Assembly (NCBI GenBank): GCA_010015585.1 | Contig: ML975149.1 | DNA length: 64,000 bases | From: Eremomyces bilateralis CBS 781.70 | Taxonomy: Eukaryota | Strand: one strand, 5' to 3' | Shown: piece by piece, positions 38,418-50,784 of the stretch | Layout: each line of letters begins with the position of its first letter | How positions within the stretch are numbered: the stretch's first letter is position 1 | Notes under the pieces: model-generated | What the model saw: the letters and a program-made list of their open reading frames with translations, nothing else | What the model was told of the DNA's origin: nothing | Database searches by the model: none | Program-made: the position numbers and the translations under genes

Positions 38418-38908
38418 AGGGCTGGGATCGATAGGTGGTCGTTCGGCTGGGTAGATGCTTGGGAATGGATGCGCATGGTCGTATCAGAAGCATATAGTCC
38501 TGATCATGGTACACAATCATCAGATGCGGGGCAATGAACAGTGCCAACGCCTTGGTTTGGCGGCTCAGTCGTCTTTGAGGTTCGGCGTTTCGCGTCACTG
38601 ATATCAGAAGGCTAAGGCCTAGAGATGCCCTAGATGCGATATGGTCCTGGGCAATAGTAGGTCGAAGTAAAGGCAAGCGATGGAAAACAGCAGTGAATTC
38701 ATGAAACTTCTCTAATCAATCTGCATGTTCCAAACTAGCTCCTAGTTTACGGGAAGTGGAAATATCGTGACACTGCTTGCCGGCGCGGTTCATTCTAGTG
38801 GTATGTGGCATTTCCCGTATTGCCGTTCAGATCGCTCCAGATCGCTCCAGATCGCTCCTCTGTCACGATCTATGTATCCAGCTCCGACGATCTAACGCCC
38901 ATCTTCCC

Positions 38909-39484
38909 TTAAACTCTAATAAACTCCCACGTCATCCCCCCCTCCTCCCCCTCCCCTACCTTCTCCAATCTTTCAATCCCATTCTCCACCTTCATCCCCA
39001 CGTACCACAAACCCCCATCATGCTCCGCCAGCAACACAAACCCCCCATCTGGCCTCACCTTCACCTTAAACCCCTCCCACACCCCCTGCCACTCCGCTGC
39101 GCACCGCAGGAAATAACCCTCATCATGCCCCAGAAACCACCCGCTCACCTCATTCCGAAACCCCAGCCACCCTTTCGTCTCCACGCACGTCCAGTGGAAC
39201 GACCGGTCGCTCTTGTCCGGGGGCGAGAGGAGCGGCTCGCCATCGATGAGGGTGAGTGCGTGGCCAGAGTCGGCGTCGCGGATGAGGAAGGTGGCGTTGG
39301 GGTGGGGGCCGAGGTGCCTGCTGTGGGTGACGCGACCCATGTGGTCAATGTCGGCGAGGCGGTCGATGTCGGCGAGGCGGTCGGTGGGGGAGGAGGGAGG
39401 GGGGCGGGCGCCGAAGGAGGTGGGGTTGATGATTTCGGGTTTAGGGATGGGGGAAGGAGAGAGGGCGGTTTGGGTGAGGTCCAT
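38909..39484 (-). CDS. Hypothetical protein, possible beta-trefoil (ricin/fascin-like) domain
   Basis: Single-exon 191-aa ORF; WTCVETKGWLGFRNEVSGWFLGHD..WEFIRV; gene-like C-to-G skew. Confidence 0.65.
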   Translation of the reverse strand: MDLTQTALSPSPIPKPEIINPTSFGARPPPSSPTDRLADIDRLADIDHMGRVTHSRHLGPHPNATFLIRDADSGHALTLIDGEPLLSPPDKSDRSFHWTCVETKGWLGFRNEVSGWFLGHDEGYFLRCAAEWQGVWEGFKVKVRPDGGFVLLAEHDGGLWYVGMKVENGIERLEKVGEGEEGGMTWEFIRV

Positions 39485-40666
39485 GGTGGTGGGGGGGTTT
39501 TATAGAGATGTTGAGCGGGTTCGGGGTGGAAGATAGGCTGAATTGTTGAGAGTAGTCGACTGAGGAGTGCACATCGGATTATCCAGGCTCGTTTCTTTGG
39601 TGATCATGCATTCCATCGCAAGTATATGAATGCGTTGTTTGAATCAAAGACACGAGGGACCATTTGACGCCGGCTTCTGTGTATTCAGTCATCTGACAAG
39701 CCTTCCCATACGATGATATCCATATCCATATCAGGATTGTATTCTAACCCGTTGATTAGTGCAGAATGAATGAAATTCAGATAGCGACTGGTTAATCATC
39801 AGGGAATTCGAGAACGCGAAAAGTCTGATTGGCAGTGTTCTGTCTGCGAAATATCGAATGATCTCATAATTGATCATGGTGAGTTTCGGTCATCGCTTTT
39901 TCAGGGATTATGGATATGGTCCAAGAACATCTCCGAGATCATGCGGAAAGATTACCTTACGGTAACTAGTTATCAACAAAACGAAGAGCCGCTCTACTTG
40001 GTGAACTACAACGTTGGAATTCCTAGGCCGGTTATTATTAGCGGTGCTGAGATTATGGATCAGTGGAGAAGTTCCGACGATTCAATGTATCGCGGTCACC
40101 CCCCACCTACGCTACGTGAGAAGTCATTTCGAACTCGCATCCTATGCTCAGGTTAAATGCGATGGAGTGAGGCTAATTCTCTAAAGTATCTTGTTAACCT
40201 AAAGCCAGAGCCGATTATTTGGAGGAACAGAAAGTACTAGTGAGAGTTCAAAAATCAACACGTCCTATAGGGGAGAGAAGTGCTGAGGAATGGGAACAAT
40301 CCAAGCACTTGTCCGGGCTGTGCTCGTCTGCGTACGCTGATGAACCTACAAGAGACGCGCATGGAGAAGGGAATACCCAAGGGGTATCGAAATGAGGGAA
40401 AAGACCTTGATTTTGCTGGAAGTCCTTCCCTGTCCATCTCTAATATACAATGTTGTCTTCCATCCCTCCAGGGGTATCATTTCCTAAACACGGAAGAGAC
40501 GGTCCAGAGTTCCCTTCCCTTCACAACTACCAAAAGCAGCAACTTCGGTTCCTGGGAACCCCATGGCGGGCCGTCTTTCCATGACCAAACTGCAATTTCA
40601 TAATCATACACGCTGAAGCAAAGGGGTGGGTTCGTATCGGTGGAAGTAGCGCAAATGAGAAGGCGT

Positions 40667-43600
40667 CTAGAAAAACTCCGGCGCTTCCACCGGCTTCGCT
40701 CGATCGATCGAGTGGATGCTGGCAAGATCATCGCCCATGTCCATCGTGTCATCGCTCGATAGGCCATGTTCGTTGTCGGAGGTGACCAGGTCCTGCAAGA
40801 GCTTTTGCGGAGCCAGCGTCAGTGGTGCACCGAATTGTTAACGGTTGTTGTCGAAATTTGGCGGATAGGAGCGTGAGCGACCTGGGGATGGGCGCTGCGT
40901 CGCGAAGGGAATTTTAGAGAGTACAAAAGGAAAGGTCGAGCTGAGGACATTGAGTTCTGAAATAATCGCGAGCCAGCGCGTCCATATGAAAGGTAGGAAA
41001 CGGTAGACTCGGAGTTGTTGTTGGTAGTTTATTGAGGTCGGCGTTTGCTCCTTACCTCCTCGTCATCGTATTCGTCATTCAACATCGTCATTCCGTATTT
41101 ATGGATGATGTCGGAGCTCTCACTATCCATCGTCCCCGCTCTGGAGAGGTCTTTCATCTCGATATCGCTACGGATTTCTGGAATGTCTCGGTCAGCGAGA
41201 CGACTAGTCTTCTCAACCGACTGACGGGGCGGATCCAACATCTGTGTATCTCGTCCGTCATCCTTGACCCACTTCGGAATTCCACCCTCGCGCTCCGGAG
41301 ATGAATTGGAAGGACTGGGATAGACAGGAGCAGTCTTATCGAGAGTTGGCTGCTCGGTAACAATCTCAGGTTCGGGAATGTCGCGATAGAGCGGTTGGGT
41401 GTGGCTGAAGATATTCTCCTCCCGGACGTAGACGATGTGGTAGGGCGTCGCGGGGTGTTGCTCCTCCTGGTCGAAAACTTCCTTCTTCCAATCCGCAATC
41501 TCACGGACGCTCTCGTCGTTATATTTTCGCCAGCAGGCGTTGGCATCGTCGAGACCTCGGGAGAAGTCGCGGATATTGATCCAGTAGTGCCCGCCATGGG
41601 CTCCACCTCGGTGCATGAAGACAGCAAAGAGACGATATTTGTGTTGTTTGTATGTCTCGTCATCGAACAATTGCTCCAGGCGATTCTCGGCAGCCTTGAT
41701 ACCCTCATCGATTCCATTCTTGTCCTTGCCGAACTCGAGGGCGGTCTGCGTCAGCTTCTGCGAGAGAGCCATTGCTCCTGACGGTATAGACGTAGAGTTG
41801 GATCTCGCTCTCTTCAACGCTGGTGGAGATTCCGTCTGCTCGGCGGTGCTTCTGCGCTTGGCTGCATTGTCATCGTTCACCTTGACGCTGTCAGTAACGG
41901 TGTCAATTGCGATATTGGTAGGGCCAGATAATTCTTCTGCTTCAAAATATTCGGCGAGTGTGGTGAGGGCATCGGGGAGGGTTTTGAGTGACTCTACGCT
42001 CTCTTGGGCCTTGGCCGTTTCCTTGAGTTCTTCAATCTCGTTGCGAAGCTTCCATGACTGTTCGCGCTTCCTCAAGAGGTCTTGATCGTCCGATGCAATG
42101 TAACGGTCCAAGTAGAGCGTGTCGACCAGTTCCAACTTGTGTTCAATTTTCTCGGCCCGGTTCGTCTCGTAGTTCATCACGGCGCGAGCAACCGACACTT
42201 GAAAGAACGGAGAGGGGTCGTCGATGGCTGCATATCGAGTATACATGACTCGAGTGTGCGAGGGGTCGTGCACGGGTTCAAGACCAAATTCGCCATCCAG
42301 CACGTCGTAGATATGCCGGGGACCTTCGTGGAGGTATGCAGTGATTTCAGTCTGGAGCTGGGAATGGTATGCTTTCATTTCGCCAGGTTTGAAGTTCAAC
42401 ATCTTCCAGTAGAAGAGATCCTGGATTGGGTCGCCTGGCTTCTCGAACCCTTGACCGCTCCTTTGCTTGATGGCCCACTGGACTTTGAGATTGATGAATC
42501 CCATCACTTCATTGACGTCTTGCTGCTGGGAGGCGGCCTCTGCTTCATGGAACCTCTCCTCGTCAGCGTTGGGGCGAGGTGGGATGGGTGGAGGTCGATT
42601 GGGTTTGGGAGGAGCTGCTTCGGTTCTTGTGGTTTTGGGATCGGTTTGTGTTTCGTCAGGAGACTCTTTTCCAGTGGTTGAGCCTTCAGCTGCATTGGAT
42701 TTTTGTTGGTCGTTGGTTTCGACCAGCGAGGTCGTCTTCTTCGCCACCGAGCCACTAGCGTTCTCTGGTTTGGTCTGTCTATCACCCTCCATCCCAACAG
42801 CCTTGTGTTGTTCATCGGGTTTTTCTTGTTCAGCCTCTTCTGCCAGGAGGGCTTCAAGCGTTGCTCCACCCTTCTCTCCCGCCTTCGACTTGGGGCTTGC
42901 TTCAGGGAGATCCACATCCATGGCATCGGTATGACGAGGTGCTTTGTCTGACTCGCCAATCAGAGTGTCCTGGTCGCTTTCCTCTTGTGTTGCCGGGATG
43001 GTAAGACGGCGCATGAGAGTCGGCGATTGCGGGAGACTAGGGCCTTGAACGGCGAGCCCATCGATTACCCCAAGTCCCACCGGGTGTGCCACGCCGCTGA
43101 GAGTTGACCGACGGCGCATTGCCGGACTGCTGGGATGATTGTACTGGGCGCCGGTGAGCAACGTGAGAATCGCAAGGTTTCGTGACGGTTCCACCACTCT
43201 GACTTGGGAGGTAGACATCTCCATGAAGAGCTTTTTCAACTCCTTAACGAACGCTCGGCCAAGAGCGACCTCGTTGCTTCCGTACATAGTGCCGTTGATC
43301 AATTTACCATTTACATTATCGTCCACGTTTCCAGGGAATGTCAGGATAACATCTCTGAAAGGTCGAATGGAGTACAAAAACTGCAGGACGCTTGCCAGGT
43401 AGCAGGTATTGCCGATATTCCTCAAGCCCACGGGATGATCCTTCGGATCGCTTTCGGGGGAGTGTGATTGCAGGTAAGAATACCTTCGCCCACTCGGGAA
43501 TTTTCGCGCAATGTGTCGGACCAACGATTTGCGGTGGCGCTCGATCTCGTTCCAGTTGAATGGGTTGTCTTGCTGATGGGTGAGTGCATACATATCGATC

Positions 43601-45728
43601 ATTTCCGGATCGATGTACCCGTCACGTTCCTTGATATTGAAGAAGTTGAAGGCTTGGGTGACATCGTCATCGTCGATCTCGGCCGTGACGAATGCCATGA
43701 GGGCATCGGAGTGTCGCCGCTCTGCTATGATTTTGAGAGCATGTCGGGCGCGGGTTACCTCTCGATCAGCTTCCCCCTTGCGGTCCTTTCGTATTGTTAG
43801 TTCAAGAACAATCAAAATCACGTGGGTGTTTTACGCATATCGTGAGTAGAGGATTATGTGCATTGTTCGCGGCGAAATAGCCAGAAGGTTGGAAGAATAA
43901 TCAGGAATATGACTTACCTCACTGCTATCTCTGGTCTTCACCTTGGTTTGATACGCCACCTGAATAAACTCATCGCTATAGGAATCATCAGCCTCTAAAA
44001 ACCGAAGGCAGGCTTCGTAGGTATCCAACAACTCTAAACACCGTGAGCAACAACCTAAGCACAAAGGACTAAAACACATACCATCCGAACTGTCAGAGAG
44101 GCATTGAAGGTCAAAGACATGGGCAAGGATCTTTCTCATCTCCCTCATATCCATCCTGGTCCTTTCACCAACGTCTTGGTAGCGAACGTTGTAGTGATTG
44201 AGGATTTGTTCTCCCGTGAGGGTGGGGCCTTTCTGAGGATCGATACCGAGACAACGAAAAGCGTTGTCGATAGTCTTGCGATCATATACCCCTCGTGAGT
44301 CTGCGAGTGCCACCTCCACGGAAAGGGCTTCACTTCCACGACCTTGGGCAATTCCCCGTAAACAATCAAGGTAATAAGCGTGGTCGAGTTTGTCAAAGAA
44401 TGACTGCGTTTTCCATGCGAAAAGAATCAAGTTGTCAGAGAAGTCGGCGACGGCACCGAGTGAAGCGTAATGTCTAGGTGAAGTGTAAGCGACACATGCG
44501 ATGTAAACGAACCCCTAAGTGCGGAAACTCACGGATGGTCTTCCTCGTCGGATCGTGTTGAACGTGTTGCCCTCGCCCCTGGCTTTTTCTCGTCTGAACA
44601 AACGTTAGAACGCACACAGCGTTGAGGGTATGCCAACGATTACTCACATCCTGCACAGCTCAGAATGCTCTCTATACTAGAGACTGCATTGACCTTTGTG
44701 ACAAGCGGATAAATCTCCATTCTTGACGCAACCTCTTCCCTTTCATGAGGTTTACAGTCCCAAAGAACAATGCCGAGTTCCTGATAGACATCCTGCAGGT
44801 ATGTACGCTTGTCCGGTCTTCTCCATACATCCTCACTGTCAGTAGGAATCGGTGGGATCCACCTCCCAAGCCCATCCGGATGGTCTTCTGCCGTGGGGGT
44901 AAACCCAAGTCGATGCAGGAATGTCTGAGTATCCGTTCCAAACAAGGCCAAGAACGTCTTATGGGTGAACGGGATTGTCCTCGGCAACCAGTCCGGATTT
45001 AGAGCATTGCCAATATACACCCGAAGGGTGGCAAGAACCATAGCTGGGATCGGTTGTGGTTTTACATCTCTATGCTCCTTCAGAACGGCCCGATGTCTTG
45101 CGTCTAGCCGATCTCCGTCCATGAGGAGCCGATAATCCTCAGGCAGAATTGCTGGTGGACGGGACAACACCTTCAGAACCATTTGGCACTGCTCGAACTG
45201 GCATATAAAGTCGAAAGTCGAGGAGGACGGCGTTCTCGGATCCGCAGTGAGGTCGGTGGGATCAATATATTCCCCATGCGATATGCCACGGCAAGCGAAA
45301 TGGTGCAACGGCTCCCCTTTCCCAGTCCCACATGGCTGTCCTACACCTTGACGTTTATGCTGGACAAACAAGTCAAAATGGTATCTGCACCGAGAACATA
45401 TCGTCGCGACCTTCAGTCTGGTGCCTTCCTCCCATGCGACCGTATCTGTGTTTGGCAGGACGCTTTCATCCGCTTTGAGGATGAGAATATGGGAACAGCT
45501 CCCCTGAGGGATCGCTGGTTTCCGAGTACTCGCCTGGGGATCGAATCGGTGGGGCAAAGAAGCCAAAATATTCCGCTCGGCTCGCTCCTCCAACCTTGGA
45601 TCATAACGGAGAAGATCTTCGAGTATCCGGGGGGAAGTCTTTCCCGCTGTGAGAACATGAGTATATGCGGCCCTGTGGATTGTTTTTTAGATTCGCCTAC
45701 CGGTACTCATTACAAGGGGTTGCGCCAT
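40667..45728 (-). CDS. UBP2: Ubiquitin-specific protease Ubp2
   Basis: MAQPLVMST|AGKTSPRILEDLLRYDP; Cys box GLRNIGNTCYLASVLQ; QQQDVNE; His box HRGGAHGGHYW; KYND; multiple introns; 3' end either stop 41029 or spliced last exon 40667-40801. Confidence 0.92.
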
Positions 45729-47003
45729 ATCCAATACTTCGAGTAAGCTCACTCGAGGCGATTTACCCAAGATGAACTCGTACTCATACAGGCATAGGCG
45801 GGTGACCGCGCTCTCTCCTGAAGGCCACACCCAACAAGGCCCTCACCAGTCACGCCAGCTGATGGTGTGAATGTATATGTCGGGAGGAAGATTTCGGCCA
45901 ATATCGAGTAAGGGGATGTCCTCCTTCAACAACCACTTCACACAAAGCGTGAAGCTAGTGACAGACTCTTATTTCAATTGCGACGGATTCGGAGAGGAGG
46001 TGAGGTATGTGGTAGTATCGGACGGATGTTGGTTCGGGATGACGGTGTCGCAGATTCTAGGTGAGAAATGGAACAAGAAACACTAGACAAGCGGCAGGGT
46101 ATTCATGAGGATGTGTGTCGTCTCAATGGAGAGAAAAAGAAGAAATGCGACTGAGACCACGATGCGGCAGTGGAGAGTTGTGTCGAATTCGATGGACGCG
46201 GAGAGACGGCGGGGGACGGAGCGGAAGGAGCGGAATACTCAACACAACCACGAAGGAATAATATCACCTAGGCAAGTTGATGATCAGCAGAGAATTTCTC
46301 ATCTATTCGAATGGACTTGAAGTAAACACCACTGTCTTGGAAATGAGGCGCCTAGGCAGAAATGCCGTCTCGGAGGCGGTGACGCGTGCGAATTCGATGT
46401 GACGATGGTCACAAGGACGTGCGCAGACGGATGGGGGCAAATGGACAGGATTGCAGCGTCCTTAAGGCAGAAGGAGATTCGACGGGCTCACTTTTAACTA
46501 CACAACGCTACTAACGGGTCTCTGTTTGTTCTTCTGAGCAACTTGAAGGGTTTTCTAAGCTGCATCCGATATACCAGTCGAGAGGCGCGTCGAGGCGGGG
46601 AACAAAGGGATGAGGCTCGCAGCAGATCTACCAGTGGTTCTGCACAGGAAATAATAGGGATCAGAAGCTCAGAGAGGATCGGTTGAGCAAACAACCTTCC
46701 ATCCCGAGCTGGTTATAGGAAATACAGTCCCATCTACAGTTGGCCCAGTTTGTCCTGCACCTTCAGGCTATCGACACCCGACGTTGAGGCTCATCTGCGT
46801 GGATTCTATTGGTAGGGATGAAATCTATTGCTGTATGATACGAACTAGTCTTTATTTGGCGTATATTATGTTTGGTGCGCGATGCTAGTGTGACTAATCA
46901 ACCCTCACCACCATCAGCTTCAACTTCAGTTGCTCTTCCGTGATACTTGAGCTTGAATGAACCACCTTGCCAATTCCCTCCATTCCTGCCATTCAAGGCC
47001 ATA

Positions 47004-47774
47004 ATGGCTCCATCAAATCATGGCTCGGACGGCCATTATGAGCCGGAAGATGCGATTGGTGCCACCATCAAAACCACCGCCATAACCTTCGGTGCTGGAG
47101 GTCTCCTGGCCGCCGCCCAAACATCCCTTACGAAGCAGAATATCGGCGCGTTCGGTATCTTCACACGATACGGCAACACCGTTGCCATGTTCAGTACGTC
47201 GCCTTTCAATTGGAGCCATGAAGCGGCACGGTCAATTGCTAACGGAACGCTCAGCTGTCGGTGGAGCGTCATATCAATTCGTCAAATCCGTCTCCGCCAA
47301 CCTACGACAGAAGAAAGATCATTGGAACAACGCACTGGGAGGATTCGCTGCTGGTGCTGCTGTCGGTGCTTTCAGTAAGTAGAGCAGGGTTTGTGTAAGC
47401 ACACTGGCTCATTCTATAAACAGGGAGAACCATCCCCGCCATTATCGGAAGCGCCACCGCTTCCGCAGTCTGGATGGGCGGGTACGAGTATCTGACAGGA
47501 GGGAACCTTTTCAATCCACAACCCCTCGGCGAGGCGATCGATCGAGAGGAAGATCAGGTTGAGAAATACAACAAGATCATGAACAATTACCGGAGGCCGA
47601 TTGAGGAGACGATCTCCGAGCTGGGAGAGGGTAGAGGTACGTTCCACAGGCATCTGGAGGCTGGCCATTGAGCTAATTTCTGCAGGTATCAAAGCTCCCG
47701 GGTATGAGGAGCGAAGACGACAGAGGATAAAGGAGCGGTACGGCGTGGACATCGACCCGGTTCCTGTACAATAG
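47004..47774 (+). CDS. Complex I 21.3 kDa subunit (NDUFA11, Tim17 family)
   Basis: HYEPEDAIGATIK..QNIGAFGIFTRYG, SANLRQKKDHWNNALGGF, RRPIEETISELGEGR|GIKAPGYEERR; 3 introns. Confidence 0.92.
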
Positions 47775-48926
47775 ATCGCTCAATGAATGGAATATTGGCA
47801 GACTCCTGCCGATATGAGAGCCTTTCATGGCCTCACGCTGGGCATTGCTGAATTGCCCGGTTGTACGAGCTGATCGGCCCTAAGCCGAGCCTTTTGGGTG
47901 CTGCAGGTAGCGGCCAGGCCTCGGAACATGGCATGGCGTCTTGGGACCTGGCATATGAATTGTACATACAGAGTTAAGAACATGCAGATTCGAAGTCTTG
48001 TTCGTGATGCCAAACTACATCGTTGCCATCTTCTTCGGCGAAAGTATACCCAGGATGCAATGTTGTTCGTACTAGCCATTTGTGCCATTCTTTGTAAAGA
48101 TCCAAATGCAGCTCCTTCTCACGATGAATATTGCAACCAACGCCCTCTACCATCTTAAAACTGTGCATTTATTTCATCCCGGAAGCCTTGCAATGCCTGA
48201 AGCGAAACCTATATAATCGCGAATCACTCAAATGCAATAATATTCGCCGGGCATTCGGCGCCAACAGCGGCTGGTTCGCTGATATCGCATATCCGGCCGT
48301 TCCCCCACAAAACCGCTGCAAACCGCTGCAAACCGCAAGGATGTGAAGGTGGTGGTCAGGGACGAAGTAGCGTCTCTCACATTTTATATAACTCCAAGCC
48401 TTGTATAGCTCACGCGACACTCAATTCAGTTGTACGGGGTTCATTTGTAAATTTTCGACTTTCTAAGGTTGGAAGAGAGAGCGTGCGGTGATCCCACGAT
48501 ATCATTTCACGGCTTTTCTTCCCCTCCACGAGAATGCTGAAGACACTTTAAGAAGCTCTTGACGTTAATCATAAACCTTTGAGACTCATATTTTCTTCAA
48601 GTCTGGGGTCATTTGCTCTATGAGCCATTGTTACGTACATGTGCCTGGAGCTGTTTACCTCATACGTCACTGCATGGGGTGCATGGTGGGAGCTGCTGGA
48701 CTGCGATATAGCACACGACTCATTACTAGAGTGGCATTAACGCCTGATACACCTCCTGGATACCCGGAAGAGTTACTTAGAACCCACCTTAATAACTTAT
48801 AGAGTCACCCAATTCCCAAACCGGCCTGTGAGTGCCCCCATGTTCCCTTCTATCCACTCCTAGCAGATCCTAACCATTACCAGAGAACCCCCCCAACATC
48901 TCGAACATCCCCATCCCCCTTCCAAA

Positions 48927-49984
48927 ATGTCCACCGAACCCACCCAGCCCTCTCTCCCCTCCCCCTCTTCACCTAGCCCCACCCCCACCCCCCTCACCAC
49001 CACCTTCTACCACCACTTCCACCACCACCTTACCGCCCTCCAATCCCAACTCACCCTCCTTCCCACCCTCCCCCCCACCGAGCGCCCTGACGCCCTCGCC
49101 CACCTCCTCGCCGGCGTCGCCCGCCTCCGCCATGAGGTCGCCGACGCCGCATCCTACGTCCCCGCGTACGATCAGCGCACCTACGCCGAAGCGCTGAAGG
49201 CGCTGGCGGGGCAGTTGGAAAGGGTGAGGGTGGAAGGGGGGAGGGGCGGTGGGCGGTTTGCGTTCCGAAGGGGGGTGGGGGTGAGGGAGGGGAGGGTGAG
49301 CGCGGCGGCGATGGAGCCGAGTCTGCAGAAGGACATAGAAGCGCCGACCGCTCCCTTAGAGCCGCCACCTCCCCCACGGCACAACACCTTCATCACCCTT
49401 CCACCCTCCCCCTCCACTGCCCCGCACATCACCACCGCCACCTCCTCCCTCCTCCATTTCCCCGCTCCCCTCTCCTCCCTGCACCTCTCCCACCTCTCCC
49501 GCTGCCTCATCCTCATCGGCCCCGTCGCTGGCCCCGTGCACGCCACTCACCTGCGCGACTGCGTGCTCCTCCTGCAGCACGCGGGGCAGCTGCGGTTGCA
49601 TGATTGGAAGGGGGGGGCTGTGTATTTGCGGTGCGGGTCAAGGCCGATTGTGGAGGATGTGGAAGGGTTGGGGTTTGCGCCCTATCCTGCTGAACTATCA
49701 GAACCGGTGAGTGTCCTTGTTTCGTGAAAGAAAGCGGGAGAGAAGAATGCTAATGGGGGAATGGATAGATCGGTGACGATACGACCGCCTCCACACCCGC
49801 CCGAGACCTCTGGGACCAAGTCGACGACTTCAAATGGCTGAAAGCCACGCCGAGCCCGAATTGGCGGGTGGTGCCAGAGGGGGAGCGGGTGGGGGTGGAG
49901 ACGTGGCGGGAGGTGATGCGGGCGGCGGGGGAGGCGAGGGTGGCGGAGGGGTTGGCGTTGGTGGGTTTGGGAAGGGAGGAGTGA
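48927..49984 (+). CDS. CIN2: Tubulin-binding cofactor C
   Basis: DAASYVPAYDQRTY, QLRLH, SRPIVED, WDQVDDFKWLKATPSPNW; intron 49707-49768. Confidence 0.9.
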
Positions 49985-50784
49985 AGGGGTTGGCGAGCGA
50001 GGAGTGAAGGGGGTTCGATAGACGGGGATATCATGGTCCAAATCAGCAGGCTACGAGCCTATTAATTGAGCGTCACGCATTCATAGCCTTGAGTCCATGA
50101 TTATAATTTTTGCGGCATAGATCCCATACCGTATGGATAATGGATCGCCACTATACACACACCTGTTCCCTCTCCCTTTTATCACCCTCATCATACCCTC
50201 ATACCTTGTCCCCTCTGTCATACTCATACAAGAACCCCTAACGCGTCACGCAAGCCCCTCGGCTGCCTGCCATTGCGTCTGGCCCTGCCTCCGCAACAGC
50301 TCGCCTCAGTAAGTGTCATAACCCTAATGCCAACCCCGCACATCGCGCACCACTGGCGAGAATAAAAACCGAGGAACTCCGAACCGGATGGTACCCGCGA
50401 GAAAGTCTCATGCCGTGACATCTCGGAAGGATGTCAGATAAGACGCATTGATTAGAACGCCGGAATGCAGATGATGATGACTGATGATGGGACGCCGTCC
50501 GTCCAGGGAATCGTTCGCGTACGGAAGAATGGAGGGGGGAAGGGTAGGGTATAAACGCTGTTGGATAGGGAGGGGGGGGGGAAGGAGTTGAGGGTGAGGA
50601 TGTCGGATGGATAGGGCATTCGGTTCGTCCTATTAATGCGCTGTAAAGGTTTTCCATCTCGGGATGTTGTTCGTCGTTCATTTGGAAATCGTCGTGTGTG
50701 AGGTCGCTCAGTGAAAGATCGTCCACACTGCAATGTGTCGACCGCCGGACATGATTCGCAGGTTGCAACTGTGCCGAAGGTCGA

